64,000 nt of DNA from Thermoproteota archaeon (GCA_029258885.1 JAPDJW010000002.1:128001-192000), one strand, 5' to 3'. Counted from the stretch's first letter, positions 50,397 through 61,201 are shown. Numbers and translations are program-made. The notes: a model not told the origin generated them from the letters alone.

Positions 50397-51403
50397 TGGA
50401 GCCCGGCGACCTAATAATATATACTCTTCCAGGCCTCGAGGAATATCTAAAGTATGAGTGTATAAAGAGCGAGCTAAACGTTAAATCCGTTAATCCGCTG
50501 GGAATAGGCGGGAGAGTACTTATAAGTAGGGGCTACGACCCAGCCAAGATATTAAGCTTAAGAACAGCTGAAAACAGCCTAGAAGTAATAGGTTTAGAAT
50601 ATCTAGCGTCAATTGATGCAAGAAACATCAGGCTCGCCATTAGACGAATACTGAGAGGCATGAAGAAAGGCGAGCGCCAATATTCAATAAAAACAGGTAT
50701 GTATGGGAGATGCTTTAGCCACATCCACCTAACTAGGATATTTGCAAGGGAATTTGAGAGAGTATTTAAGAAGAAGCCATTGGAATCCGCAGCTAATGTT
50801 CTAAAGCTGGAACTCTACTGCCGGGATAAAATAGTGGTCGTGGGAAGGCTTCTTTCAAATAAACCATTACATAGGAGGCCATACTTTAAAATGCTCCACC
50901 CAGCTTCGCTGAATCCATTAATAGCTTCAGCAATAGCCATAGAGGCTAAACGGAGAGGGTTAAAGCTACTTTATGATCCCATGTGCGGATGTGGAACAAT
51001 ACCCATAGAATACCTATTAACGTGTCGAGGCGAAGCCTATGCTTCAGATATAGTTATGAAGCATGTTAAAGCCACGGGAATAAACGCTTTATCGGCTGGT
51101 GTGGACGACAGATGTCATCCCTTTTGCTCAGACATAAGTCTCCCTGCTCTAGCCAGTCAAGTAGATATCCTGGCAACTAATCCGCCTAGAGGACGCAGAA
51201 TGAGAGCTGATGTCAAGGCAGTGTATAGGAAGCTACATAAACTAGCATTGAAAATGATCTCCAAGGACGGCCTTTTCTGCATAGTAACGCCATACAAGTT
51301 TACTGTAGCAAGAGTATTCAGTAGGTTTAGCCTCGAGAAGGAGGTAAGGGTATTGAAGGGCAATTTAAAGCTCTATCTAATGATACTAACTTCCTCTAGG
51401 TAG
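50396..51403 (+). CDS. THUMP-type SAM-dependent RNA methyltransferase (Trm14-like)
   Basis: TLPGLE, LHRRPY..HPASLNPLIA, YDPMCGCGTIPIE and ATNPPRG. Confidence 0.8.
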   Translation: MEPGDLIIYTLPGLEEYLKYECIKSELNVKSVNPLGIGGRVLISRGYDPAKILSLRTAENSLEVIGLEYLASIDARNIRLAIRRILRGMKKGERQYSIKTGMYGRCFSHIHLTRIFAREFERVFKKKPLESAANVLKLELYCRDKIVVVGRLLSNKPLHRRPYFKMLHPASLNPLIASAIAIEAKRRGLKLLYDPMCGCGTIPIEYLLTCRGEAYASDIVMKHVKATGINALSAGVDDRCHPFCSDISLPALASQVDILATNPPRGRRMRADVKAVYRKLHKLALKMISKDGLFCIVTPYKFTVARVFSRFSLEKEVRVLKGNLKLYLMILTSSR

Positions 51404-51527
51404 GCTAAAATCCTATACGCTTTAGAATAGGGGAGTTATAGGGTCATTTCCCTTATTAGGCTAAATTTCCTGATAGCTGGATAGTATTTATATGATCGAA
51501 AATAATATTATTACTCGGTGAATTCGA

Positions 51528-51764
51528 TTGATAGCTATTGGCCGAGTAGGCTCGAAAGGAGAGCTCTTCCCTCCTAAGAAGATTAGGGAGAAGTTAGGTA
51601 TTAAGCCGCACATGAAAGTAGTCTATAGAGTTGAGAAGGGGAGACTCATCGTAGAGCCTATTCCAAGTTTAGAAGATGTTCTAAGAGAACCTCCTGAAAT
51701 TGAAATAACTTTGGAGGAATTCCATGAGTTTAGGAAGAAGCTTTCGCGAGAGGCTGAGACATGA
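51528..51764 (+). CDS. vapB: AbrB/MazE-type antitoxin
   Basis: GRVGSKGELFPPKKIREKLGIKP; 4-nt overlap with a PIN gene. Confidence 0.85.
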   Translation: MIAIGRVGSKGELFPPKKIREKLGIKPHMKVVYRVEKGRLIVEPIPSLEDVLREPPEIEITLEEFHEFRKKLSREAET

Positions 51765-52255
51765 AACTCCTTTTAGATACAACTTATTTCCTGCCTACAA
51801 TAGGAGTTGCCGTAAAATATTTTCCGAGAAATATAGTCATAGAGTTAATTAATAAAGGATACAGCGTCTTAGTAAGTGAAATCACACTCTTTGAACTTTC
51901 AGCTAAGGGAGCTAAATATGTTGCATCCGGTCTTCTTAAGGCTGAAAGAGTAATTAGAGGCATAAAAGCTCTTTTCTACGACGATAGAGTACGTAAGGTT
52001 CCCGTCTACGAGACCTCTGCGCTTTTAACGGCATTAGAACTAAGGAAACTATTAAGCGACTTCATCGACTGTCTTATCCTTTCGGCAGCTCTAAATTATG
52101 CTGATGCACTGATAACGGAGGACGAGGATATCCATATGCTGTTAGAGAACGAAAAATTCCTGAAAATAATCCAAGAGAAGAATCCAGAATTTGAAATAAT
52201 GAACTACAGTACGTTGAAAAACAGGCGTCTCTCAGATTCTAATGGTTATCTTTGA
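51761..52255 (+). CDS. vapC: PIN-domain toxin VapC
   Basis: LLLDTTYF, SEITLFE, DFIDCLI and LITED. Confidence 0.85.
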   Translation: MKLLLDTTYFLPTIGVAVKYFPRNIVIELINKGYSVLVSEITLFELSAKGAKYVASGLLKAERVIRGIKALFYDDRVRKVPVYETSALLTALELRKLLSDFIDCLILSAALNYADALITEDEDIHMLLENEKFLKIIQEKNPEFEIMNYSTLKNRRLSDSNGYL

Positions 52256-52763
52256 TTGATTCTTTACATGAGCCTTTGGCTTTTATCTCACGGTATATCA
52301 GGATAAGAAACTTTCCAGATATTCCTACGAAGATGAAGATGGATGATAAAAGCAGTATCCTTTCATCAAAACCCTTGCCGATTACCTTAACCATAACATT
52401 TGCAAATTCACCTTCTCTCAACCTAAATATGAAGACGTAAATATTCGGCTCATCCGGTAGGAAGGAGACCTTATCCCCACAAGTATTGTTTAATACAAGG
52501 ATAAATTCAGCTCCCCCCAATAGCTTATCCAGCTCCAAGTATTTCAGAAGAACCACATCCACACTCGAGGTAGAGGGCCGCACACTTATGATTATTGAAT
52601 ACCTTTTTAATCCGTAAAATGTTGTAAGATAAACGTTTTCATTAGGCGAATTCAACTTTATAAAAATGGTATGTTCACTGGAGCCAACTGCAAAATTGGG
52701 AATTAACATACCTATACCAGCCAGCATCAATATGAGGAAGAGCTTATCTATCTTCTCCTGCAT
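52239..52763 (-). CDS. Hypothetical membrane protein (N- and C-terminal hydrophobic segments around a beta-rich domain)
   Basis: 174-aa ORF with an upstream GGAGG SD. Confidence 0.55.
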   Translation of the reverse strand: MQEKIDKLFLILMLAGIGMLIPNFAVGSSEHTIFIKLNSPNENVYLTTFYGLKRYSIIISVRPSTSSVDVVLLKYLELDKLLGGAEFILVLNNTCGDKVSFLPDEPNIYVFIFRLREGEFANVMVKVIGKGFDERILLLSSIFIFVGISGKFLILIYREIKAKGSCKESIKDNH

Positions 52764-52977
52764 ACATCAAACCTCCTAGTAAAGTATACGTATGCCGCCA
52801 ACAGTAGTTCTAAATGCGAATATCAGATACGTGGGTGAAGCGCTGGAACTTAAATTTTATATAAGTACTACTTTTTCTCTAATGCAACCTATAGAATAGT
52901 TTTTTCGCACAATATTTAATCGGACAATTAGATATCGTTAAATGCTTGGCCAGTAATAATTGCATTGAGGTATCTGA

Positions 52978-54285
52978 ATGTTTAAAATACTGGTAAGGGC
53001 TAAGAAGGATGCTGATGCAGTAAGGGCTGCACTAAACGTCTTCTATAGAGACTGGAATATAAGCGTTGAAACATTGGGAGGAGTAAGATCTAAGGAGGAC
53101 TTCTACTCCGCCATAATGGAGAAGATAGATCAAAAAGCCTATAATTTAGTAATAGTTGGAAGGGAGGACTATGATAAGCTTATGCTTGAGCCTAATCTTC
53201 CATGGAATACTTATATTCAGCCTATCCCACGTCAGAAGGTTAGAAACGCTAGATTACCGATGATTAAAAATGCTATTGAGAGAGGTAAAGCAAAAATTAG
53301 GACTACAATATACTGGAAGGAATCCTACATCCTAGGCAAAGGCAACGGCCTAAAACTCGATGTTGAAAACCATCCGGCATACGACCCCTTCCTCCTATGG
53401 GGTGTGCATTCGCTAGCTATGCTTTCAAACTACATAGGTGAAGTAGGCGGCGTAGCTCTACTTGTGAGGAAGATGGGCGGCGAACACGATGTCTACATCG
53501 GGCCTAAATTAGTGGCCAAACTTAAAATTCCAGACCACGGATTACCACGCGGCGAGAGATTAAGTCCTCAATATGAGGAGACAAGCCCAGACGCCCTAGC
53601 TGTCGCAAACCAGGAGCTATTGTCTAGGATGGAGGAGCTATCCATTAGCCTAATTAAAGACGTTGGCAAGGACTACGACACGGTTATCGTACCTTGGTCG
53701 GGCGGCCGTGATAGTACTGCAACGCTATTGCTCACGTTAAAAGCCTTGGGAAGAAGTGTTAAGGCCATATACGTCGACATGGGCCTCGAATTCAACATCA
53801 CTAGGAGATACGTTGAGGAGGTAGCCAAAAACCTTAGGGTGGATTTAGAGATTGCTAAAGTAGACCTCCTACATCACGTAAGGGAGAAAGGCCTCCCAAG
53901 CCATAGGGATAGATGGTGCACCAAGTTGAAAATAAATGCTCTCTACAGCAAGATAAGGGAGATATCAAGCGGCAAAACATTGATAATAGTCGGCGACCGC
54001 GACGCCGAGTCTGAGCTCAGAAGCAAGAGGCCATTCATAAGGAGGCATGAGGAGTTCATCCAAGTAGCTCCAATAAAGCTCTGGTCAGCGGCGCATGCCC
54101 AAGTCTACCTGCTCATCAACAAGGTTCCTCTAAACCCATTGTATATGCTGGGGTTCTACAGGATAGGATGCTGGATATGCCCATCGCTCAGAGGGTGGGA
54201 GAAGGAGATAATGAGAAAACATCTAATGGAAGAGCTTAAGGATGCGGGCGAGGATATACTTAAAAAAGTTTTAGAGACAGTATAG
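52978..54285 (+). CDS. PAPS reductase family protein (second paralog, different N-terminal domain)
   Basis: VPWSGGRDS, YVDMGLEF, DRWCTKLK, GDRDAES and GFYRIGCWICP. Confidence 0.85.
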   Translation: MFKILVRAKKDADAVRAALNVFYRDWNISVETLGGVRSKEDFYSAIMEKIDQKAYNLVIVGREDYDKLMLEPNLPWNTYIQPIPRQKVRNARLPMIKNAIERGKAKIRTTIYWKESYILGKGNGLKLDVENHPAYDPFLLWGVHSLAMLSNYIGEVGGVALLVRKMGGEHDVYIGPKLVAKLKIPDHGLPRGERLSPQYEETSPDALAVANQELLSRMEELSISLIKDVGKDYDTVIVPWSGGRDSTATLLLTLKALGRSVKAIYVDMGLEFNITRRYVEEVAKNLRVDLEIAKVDLLHHVREKGLPSHRDRWCTKLKINALYSKIREISSGKTLIIVGDRDAESELRSKRPFIRRHEEFIQVAPIKLWSAAHAQVYLLINKVPLNPLYMLGFYRIGCWICPSLRGWEKEIMRKHLMEELKDAGEDILKKVLETV

Positions 54286-54286
54286 A

Positions 54287-55855
54287 TTGGGAGCCCGCTT
54301 GCCGTCAATAGTCTTCATGTTTGAGGTGCATCAACCATATAGGCTAAACAGGAACTTTATAGATAGTTTATTGAAGCTGCCACCAAACCCGAGTTTTGAG
54401 GATCTATTCAAAGCATACTTCGACGAGAAATTAAATAGGGATGTTATCAGGAGAGTTGCCGGGAAATGCTACCTGCCAGCAAGCAGGATAATCCTGGAAA
54501 ACATAGATAGGTACAGGAACAGTGGCAGGAGCTTCAAGGTATCGTTCAGCATATCTGGGGTCTTTATAGAGCAGGCGTTAAAGTATGCACCCGAGATAAT
54601 AGATTTGTTTAGGGAGCTCGTAGATACAGGATGCGTTGAACTGGTGGAGCAGACGTATTATCACTCCCTAGCCTCACTCTTTCCGAATAAGCTCGAGTTC
54701 ATGGAGCAGTTGGAGGAGCACAGGGGGATAATTAAGGATACATTCGGTGTAGAGCCAAGAGTAGCCGAAAACACGGAGTTCATATACAATAACAGCGTAG
54801 CCTTCATACTCGATTTAATGGGATACAAGGCCGTATTCACTGAGGGCGTCGAGCGAATACTTGGATGGCGTAGTCCAAACTACGTATACAAGGCTAAGGG
54901 CCTATCAATAAAGCTGTTGTTTAGAAACTATAGGCTTTCGGATGACATAGGCTTCAGGTTCTCGTCGAAGGACTGGGAGGAGTATCCGCTAACCGCCGAG
55001 AAGTACTCCGCATGGCTCTCGGCAGTGGAGGGAGACGTAGTATGCATATGCATGGACTATGAAACGTTCGGCGAACACCACTGGCCCGAATCGGGCATAC
55101 ACGAGTTCCTACGCTGGCTACCAGGAGAGATACTGAAGTGGAGAAACCTAGAGTTCCTGACGCCATCTGAAGCCATCGAAAAATATCCTGCAAAAGATGA
55201 GATAGAAGTTCCCGATGATAAGACGATTAGCTGGGCGGATCTCGAGAGGGATACGTCAGCCTGGCTTCAAAACCCACTACAGAAGTCCTCCTTCGAAGCA
55301 GTAAAGCGCATAGAACCCTACGTTAAGGCAGTATGCGACGATAAATATATTAAGCTATGGAGATACCTTCAGATAAGCGACCACTACTACTACATGTCGA
55401 CGAAAGGCGGAGGACCCGGGGAAGTACACGGGTACTTCAGCCCTTACGGTTCACCCATAGAAGCATACACAACATTCCACCACATATTATCCGACCTCAC
55501 AATAAGGATATTAAACGAGTATAAACGTCTAACAGATAGGAAGGAAATATTCAAAGTAGTGGAGGACGCCAAAGCATTCCACTTCTACCTAAGGGACGAT
55601 AAGCCGCTTCCAATCAAAGCTAGATGCATACCTGAATTTATCAAGGCCCTACTGTTACTACCTAACCCAAGCATAGAACATCATTTAAAAAACAACGACT
55701 TCAGGAAATGGCTAAAACAAGTATTCAGGGCAGATAGACTAGCTGAAGATATCTATTTACTCTGCGCAAACGCAGACATCCTTAAAAGAAATATCACCAA
55801 AATTATGAGCGATCTCTGCAATTTACGTCAAACAGAGAAGCAGAATGAGAGATAA
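54287..55855 (+). CDS. GH57 alpha-amylase-type hydrolase with C-terminal DUF5752-like domain
   Basis: EVHQP, QTYYHSLA, ENTEFIY, MDYETFGEH, LQISDHYYYM and FHFY....HL.NNDF..W. Confidence 0.9.
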   Translation: MGARLPSIVFMFEVHQPYRLNRNFIDSLLKLPPNPSFEDLFKAYFDEKLNRDVIRRVAGKCYLPASRIILENIDRYRNSGRSFKVSFSISGVFIEQALKYAPEIIDLFRELVDTGCVELVEQTYYHSLASLFPNKLEFMEQLEEHRGIIKDTFGVEPRVAENTEFIYNNSVAFILDLMGYKAVFTEGVERILGWRSPNYVYKAKGLSIKLLFRNYRLSDDIGFRFSSKDWEEYPLTAEKYSAWLSAVEGDVVCICMDYETFGEHHWPESGIHEFLRWLPGEILKWRNLEFLTPSEAIEKYPAKDEIEVPDDKTISWADLERDTSAWLQNPLQKSSFEAVKRIEPYVKAVCDDKYIKLWRYLQISDHYYYMSTKGGGPGEVHGYFSPYGSPIEAYTTFHHILSDLTIRILNEYKRLTDRKEIFKVVEDAKAFHFYLRDDKPLPIKARCIPEFIKALLLLPNPSIEHHLKNNDFRKWLKQVFRADRLAEDIYLLCANADILKRNITKIMSDLCNLRQTEKQNER

Positions 55856-56146
55856 AATACTACTTGTTAAGTCCGAGAAACAAAATATATTTACAAATCA
55901 CTCACTAATGTGAATTACATATAAAATCATTGAAATCTACCATGCATTCTAATTTTTAGAACTAATATAATACATATAATTTTTTTCATTAACCAAAAGA
56001 TACAATCCATAGTCATGTGTTATATAAGATGTTTAGTAGAGAAAACTAACTTACAAATACTAAGCAATTTGATATCCTCATGAAATATCTTTCAGCGATA
56101 AAACATATATACTCTATAAAATAATAAAAAGGCTATAGGTGATGAA

Positions 56147-57610
56147 ATGAAAGCCAAAGCACTACTAATATTATTAGTATTATTTTCACCATTAATTGTG
56201 TTAATAGACGTTGAAGCTCAACCAACATTAATACTTTTCGATAACAGGCACTACTGGAATGCAGATAAGTGTGACCAATTTATTGACGACCTAAAGGCAA
56301 CATACGGCGCCAATAAGGTAATTCTAATAAACGATAGCTCCCAGCTCAACGACTACATAGATGAGGCCAAGTTGCTAATACTGCCCAACCCTGACGGAAC
56401 GTTCGAAACCTCAGATATAGATACAATAAGAAGCTTCGTGGAAGGAGGTGGTGCATTACTAGTCATGGGAAACTGGCATAAGTACATTAAGGCAGACCTA
56501 TTGAATCAAATAGTAGATGGAACTGGAATATTGTTTACCGAGACAAGCGTATACGATGAAGACCACTACGACAATAAGCCCTGGTACCCGCTAATAGGCA
56601 CCTGGACTCCATACTCACTTTCCAATGATATTAAGAACGGCGTAACAGAGGATATAAAGTATGATGGAGCAATGCTTGTCGTAGAGCCGCCAGCAGTAAT
56701 TCTGCTATTAACCTATGATACTGCATACGCTAAGGATGGTAGTGGAACCGTTGTAGCCACTGGAGCAATACCGGTTGCGGCAATGTCGTATTTGAGTAAT
56801 GGAATAGTTTGCGCTATAGGCTCATCAATGGTTATGAGGACAGAGTACTTCTATAATAAGGATGAGTTTGGAAATAAGGAGTTCCTACTAGCAGTAGTAG
56901 ACTGGCTCTATCAGGGTAACGGCTATATAGGCGTCCAAGTACTTGACGCGGATGGAAGTCATCCAGTATCCGGCGCGACGGTTAAACTTGATGCAACGAC
57001 ATCTACTACCGATGAAAAGGGAATAACAGCATTTAAGGTTACGCCTTCAACTGACTACACGCTAACAGTAGAGAATACATATGGTAAGATACATGAGGAA
57101 ACAGTCTCAGCTAACAAGGGCGCATTTATAACAGTAAACGATAAGCACTATGATTACAACATACAGGGACAAGCATACGATGTCGAGACAAACGGAACGA
57201 TAGAATCCTCCTCATGGGACCCGGATGCAGGTGAGCTAACTCTTTCAATAAACTGCGAGGATGGAACAAAATCTCTCACAATAATCCATGAAGTATCCAG
57301 GCTACCAGAATACGTTAAGGTTGATGGAAACATAATAGCAAGGAAGCTAAGTTATGATGAGTTCGTTGCAGCAGCACCGAATGTATGGTATTACGATGAA
57401 GCCAATAATAAGGTATACATTAAGATTCAGCACAGCTCGGCAAAGAACATACTAATAAGGTTTGCACCGCCGCCCATTATAGGAGGAGAAGTCATCTTAA
57501 TGGATAAGATGGCTATATTGTTAGAGGCAATAATACAGTACATAACCATAATATTATCTGTAACAGCTATCGCAGGAATAGCAGTATATATTTGGAGAAA
57601 ATCTAAATAA
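56147..57610 (+). CDS. Surface protein: GATase-like (DUF4350/IFT52-type) domain, Ig-like domains, PxGG-type anchor
   Basis: Signal peptide, ILFDNRH, LILPNP....E...IRSFVEGGGALLVMG, N.EFLLAVVDWL and PPPIIGGEVILMDK-TM-WRKSK. Confidence 0.7.
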   Translation: MKAKALLILLVLFSPLIVLIDVEAQPTLILFDNRHYWNADKCDQFIDDLKATYGANKVILINDSSQLNDYIDEAKLLILPNPDGTFETSDIDTIRSFVEGGGALLVMGNWHKYIKADLLNQIVDGTGILFTETSVYDEDHYDNKPWYPLIGTWTPYSLSNDIKNGVTEDIKYDGAMLVVEPPAVILLLTYDTAYAKDGSGTVVATGAIPVAAMSYLSNGIVCAIGSSMVMRTEYFYNKDEFGNKEFLLAVVDWLYQGNGYIGVQVLDADGSHPVSGATVKLDATTSTTDEKGITAFKVTPSTDYTLTVENTYGKIHEETVSANKGAFITVNDKHYDYNIQGQAYDVETNGTIESSSWDPDAGELTLSINCEDGTKSLTIIHEVSRLPEYVKVDGNIIARKLSYDEFVAAAPNVWYYDEANNKVYIKIQHSSAKNILIRFAPPPIIGGEVILMDKMAILLEAIIQYITIILSVTAIAGIAVYIWRKSK

Positions 57611-58048
57611 ATAGAAATTTTTACCATTAATTTCTTTCTTTAAGTAAATACCTTACAACATTGTCTTTATATCGTTCGATTTTAAAGCCCTATATATGAG
57701 TGAAACATAAAAGCTGGAGTATACTCACTTATCACAGCCATGAATCGATATTATGGCAACCTTAGGCTTATAAGTTAAGTTATTATAGGCTATTAAAACT
57801 GAGTTGCTCAGTGCCGTAGCTATTGGAGCTACGATAAGTATCCTTTTGCTACTTCACACCGATTTCATATGACTGCTGCTTATTCAAAATAGCATAAGCA
57901 AACTATTAACTTTTTACATAGCTCCAGTTTTTCTCTACGGCTCTTAAATAGTCATTTACTACGCCCACATAGGTAATATCTAGCGTTAAGATTGCTGAAA
58001 TATAGAAATAGTAATAAGGATAGTAATTAATAGTAATGGCATAGGCTG

Positions 58049-59023
58049 GTGTCTATATTGTTATATCTATCTCACGTCGGTAGTTTTCCGCTGGAGTATA
58101 GTGAGGCGAATTTAAAACGCGCTTTTCTCAATATGATTAAGGCGGGCTTAGAGTATCCGCCATACCCTCAACTCAGAGACTTCATTGATATATACTTAGA
58201 TCCTCTGGTTAGGGATGGAGCGTTAGTCCGCGAGGAAAACAAGTATATCTTAATCGATGAGGGAAAAATAGGAGTAAAAACCCCAATTATCCCTGAAGCT
58301 CTCATGATATCCCAGCTGGCTAAGTACCAGGGCGGGCGAATAATGGGGCTTAGAGCTCCAGTTACGGGGCCATTTACCTTAGCTTCGAAAATATATCTTT
58401 CCAGGGAAACTTATACTTTAGAAAATACGTTGCTCGCTAAATCAGCTATTATTGTGGAAAGACTGGCTACATATGTAAATAAGGTTGTCAGGTGGCTGTC
58501 GGGGCTGGGATATAGGCTGATAGTAATCGATGAACCTATATTATCTACGATAGTTGGAGCTAAACATATACTGTATGGTATTTCCGAAGACGACATTATA
58601 TCAGCATACGGGAGAATTTTCGATGGAGTAAGTAGCATTGCTGGTACACACGTATGTGGGAGGATTTCAAGAAGATTAGCTGAAATACTGCTAGAAACGA
58701 ACGTTAAAATTTTAGACCATGAACACGTTGACACTCCCTCAAATATTGAGGTTTATACGTTAAATGACTTGGAGACATACGACAAATATATAGCATTAGG
58801 TGTTGTATCTTCTAAAAAGCCAGGAGTTGAGCCAGTACCACAGATAGTTAATTTTATCCTTAACGCTTTAGGTAGATATGGGGATAGAGTATTTTTAGTT
58901 AAGGGAGATTGTGGCTTTAGGGGATTAGCGGCGTACGAGCACGGCTATGAGATAGGAATAGCTAAGCTAAAAGCTGTTAGAAAAGCCATAAATATTGTCA
59001 AGAAGGAGATATTTGGATATTAA
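58049..59023 (+). CDS. Core-type (archaeal, single-barrel) methionine synthase II-like methyltransferase
   Basis: HVGSFP, PVTGPFTLA, IDEP, the Zn motif HVC, GVVSS and DCGF. GTG start. Confidence 0.75.
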   Translation: MSILLYLSHVGSFPLEYSEANLKRAFLNMIKAGLEYPPYPQLRDFIDIYLDPLVRDGALVREENKYILIDEGKIGVKTPIIPEALMISQLAKYQGGRIMGLRAPVTGPFTLASKIYLSRETYTLENTLLAKSAIIVERLATYVNKVVRWLSGLGYRLIVIDEPILSTIVGAKHILYGISEDDIISAYGRIFDGVSSIAGTHVCGRISRRLAEILLETNVKILDHEHVDTPSNIEVYTLNDLETYDKYIALGVVSSKKPGVEPVPQIVNFILNALGRYGDRVFLVKGDCGFRGLAAYEHGYEIGIAKLKAVRKAINIVKKEIFGY

Positions 59024-59035
59024 TTTGCGTATTAG

Positions 59036-59488
59036 GTGGTATTAATGATTTCGAATAAACTACTAAACATGTACCTATTTTCAATTTTTTACGTAATATA
59101 TGAAAAGCTGGGAGACGAGTTATGGTCGGTCGTAAGGGAAGCTGGCAAAATCCTTTACAGGGAGATAAGGAAGGAACTAGGGATCCCTCAGAGGAAGGAG
59201 GTGTTCAACGTACTAGAGAAGCTAATAGATTTTCTAGTTAAGGAGGGATACTTTGAGGATGCAGACATAAAGGCTCTGCCGGGAAATATCATAGAGTATA
59301 GGATGAAGAATCCAGTAATTCTGCCGTCGGCTAAGCGTCTCATAGAGCTTAAAATGGTTCCTCCTCACATATCCACATTCCTCCTCTTTGCGGCCCTTGA
59401 GGAAATGGGATATACTGCAGAGCTCCTGGAAGTGTCTGAATCAGCTAACGGCTGGGTTATAGAGAAGTGGAGGCTAATGAGAGCATAG
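59036..59488 (+). CDS. Hypothetical protein, possibly V4R-like ligand-binding fold
   Basis: 150 aa with the pattern REAGKILYREI...LIDFL..EGY. Apparently cotranscribed with the upstream gene. Confidence 0.4.
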   Translation: MVLMISNKLLNMYLFSIFYVIYEKLGDELWSVVREAGKILYREIRKELGIPQRKEVFNVLEKLIDFLVKEGYFEDADIKALPGNIIEYRMKNPVILPSAKRLIELKMVPPHISTFLLFAALEEMGYTAELLEVSESANGWVIEKWRLMRA

Positions 59489-59606
59489 GATGACGCGAAA
59501 TTTATATGGGCTCTAACCTATTCCCCAGTTTTTCGTTAAAGTAGAAATAGGAAACGCTTATATTTTCTAAGAAAATTAATTATAAGCAATATTACTGGGT
59601 GATTGT

Positions 59607-61193
59607 ATGAGAAAGTACCTGCCACTGCTGGTAAGCCTGCTTTTCTTAATACTAACGTTAAATGCTGGGCTAAACGCATCTCCTCATCAATGGTGGCCCA
59701 TGTTTCAAAGGGATGCTGTAAACAGTGGATGGATGGACGTAGATGCTCCTGAGACTCCTCAAATATTCTGGGTAGTTTCCCTGCCTGAAAAACCTGGCGT
59801 AAGAGTTCAGCCTGTAACCTTCGAGAATAAGACCATAATAACCACTAGAGATACTGGCAAAGTGATATGTTTTGACACGATAACAGGAGAGAAGCTATGG
59901 ATGAACAGCCTAGGGGTATATATCCATTACTCGTCACCAATAATATATAACGGTAAAGTTATAGTCTGCGGCTACGGTAAAGTTGCAGCCTTTGATCTAG
60001 AAACGGGAGATAAACTCTGGGAATACACGCCTCCCGACGGCAAGAGAATAAGGGCCGAGCCTACATTACACCAGGGCATCCTGTTCCTACCAGTGGGCCA
60101 CTACAAAGATAGTCCACCCTTCTACATAGTCGCTCTTGATCCAGATACTGGAACCGAAATAAACGTATTTACTGATCCAAATCTTCCGCCACCCTCCGAT
60201 AGCGGAATAGTTGGATACGGAGATCTAATAATATTTGGAACACGCTATAAATCTGGGTTTGTACAGAAGCTATATGCTCTAAGAGTAAGTGACCTAAGCA
60301 TAGAATGGGTTTTAGAGGTAGGATCCAGCATCAGTCCTCCAACGGTGGCTGATGGAATAGTATATGTAGGTCTATATAACAGCACGATACTTGCTGTTGA
60401 TGCATCCACCGGATCAGTTTTATGGAAGCTTGTAGTTGGCTCAGGAAACAGGTTCTACAGGATAGCTCCGGTATATAAGGATGGTGTACTATACGTCGCT
60501 GCCTACAATACCGGTCTCGTAGCTGCAATAGATACGTCAACTCAAACCGTCATATGGACATACGATGCACCAAGCTACATATATAGTCAATTAATATATG
60601 CAGACGGCAAGATATACTTTGGATGTGATGATGACTACCTCCGGTGCCTAGATGCATCCAATGGAAACATTATATGGGAGTATAAGGCTGGAGACGATTG
60701 GCAGTCAGTATCCATAGTCGACATCGGCGGCTATGGAATAATTATAGCTGCATCAAACGACTATAACCTATACGCATTCGGCTCAATACCCATGTTTGTA
60801 ACGCTAGAAATAGAGGTTCTAGATGAGAACGGTAATCCACTGCCAAATGCCCACGTACAACTATTCACAAGAGACTGGTCTCTAGCAAGGGAGGGAGATA
60901 CGGGAGGCGATGGTAAGATAACGTTCTTCAACGTACAAGCTCAAGACTACATCATAAAGGTCACGTACGATGATAGGGTAACGTATTCAGGCGTGAGAAA
61001 GACAGATCTAATGGGATACCTTGGAGGAACATTCCACATAACCGTAAGGTTCCCATTGCCTGTTGGAGGAGAGGCTATTCCAGTAGATAAAATAGGACTT
61101 ATTCTATATACCGTTACAGTGAATCTCCACTATATCATATTAGCGCTGCTAGCTATAGCGGCAACCCTCATGTATAGGAGGAGTAAAACCTAA
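59607..61193 (+). CDS. Surface PQQ-like beta-propeller protein with Ig-like domain and PVGG-type anchor
   Basis: WPMFQRDAVNSG, repeated A.D..TG..LW motifs and LPVGGEAIPVDK-TM-RRSKT. Confidence 0.85.
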   Translation: MRKYLPLLVSLLFLILTLNAGLNASPHQWWPMFQRDAVNSGWMDVDAPETPQIFWVVSLPEKPGVRVQPVTFENKTIITTRDTGKVICFDTITGEKLWMNSLGVYIHYSSPIIYNGKVIVCGYGKVAAFDLETGDKLWEYTPPDGKRIRAEPTLHQGILFLPVGHYKDSPPFYIVALDPDTGTEINVFTDPNLPPPSDSGIVGYGDLIIFGTRYKSGFVQKLYALRVSDLSIEWVLEVGSSISPPTVADGIVYVGLYNSTILAVDASTGSVLWKLVVGSGNRFYRIAPVYKDGVLYVAAYNTGLVAAIDTSTQTVIWTYDAPSYIYSQLIYADGKIYFGCDDDYLRCLDASNGNIIWEYKAGDDWQSVSIVDIGGYGIIIAASNDYNLYAFGSIPMFVTLEIEVLDENGNPLPNAHVQLFTRDWSLAREGDTGGDGKITFFNVQAQDYIIKVTYDDRVTYSGVRKTDLMGYLGGTFHITVRFPLPVGGEAIPVDKIGLILYTVTVNLHYIILALLAIAATLMYRRSKT

Positions 61194-61201
61194 CTTCCTT
61201 T

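Noticed and set aside
25203-52255. Integrated mobile element carrying the glycan locus
   Set aside because: No integrase, transposase, tRNA att site or terminal repeats were found, and codon style looks the same as the flanks.
57725-57853. Minus-strand fragment SKRILIVAPIATALSNSVLIAYNNLTYKPKVAIISIHGCDK resembling an SppA N-terminus
   Set aside because: Only 42 codons, bounded by stops with no start; the similarity is too weak.
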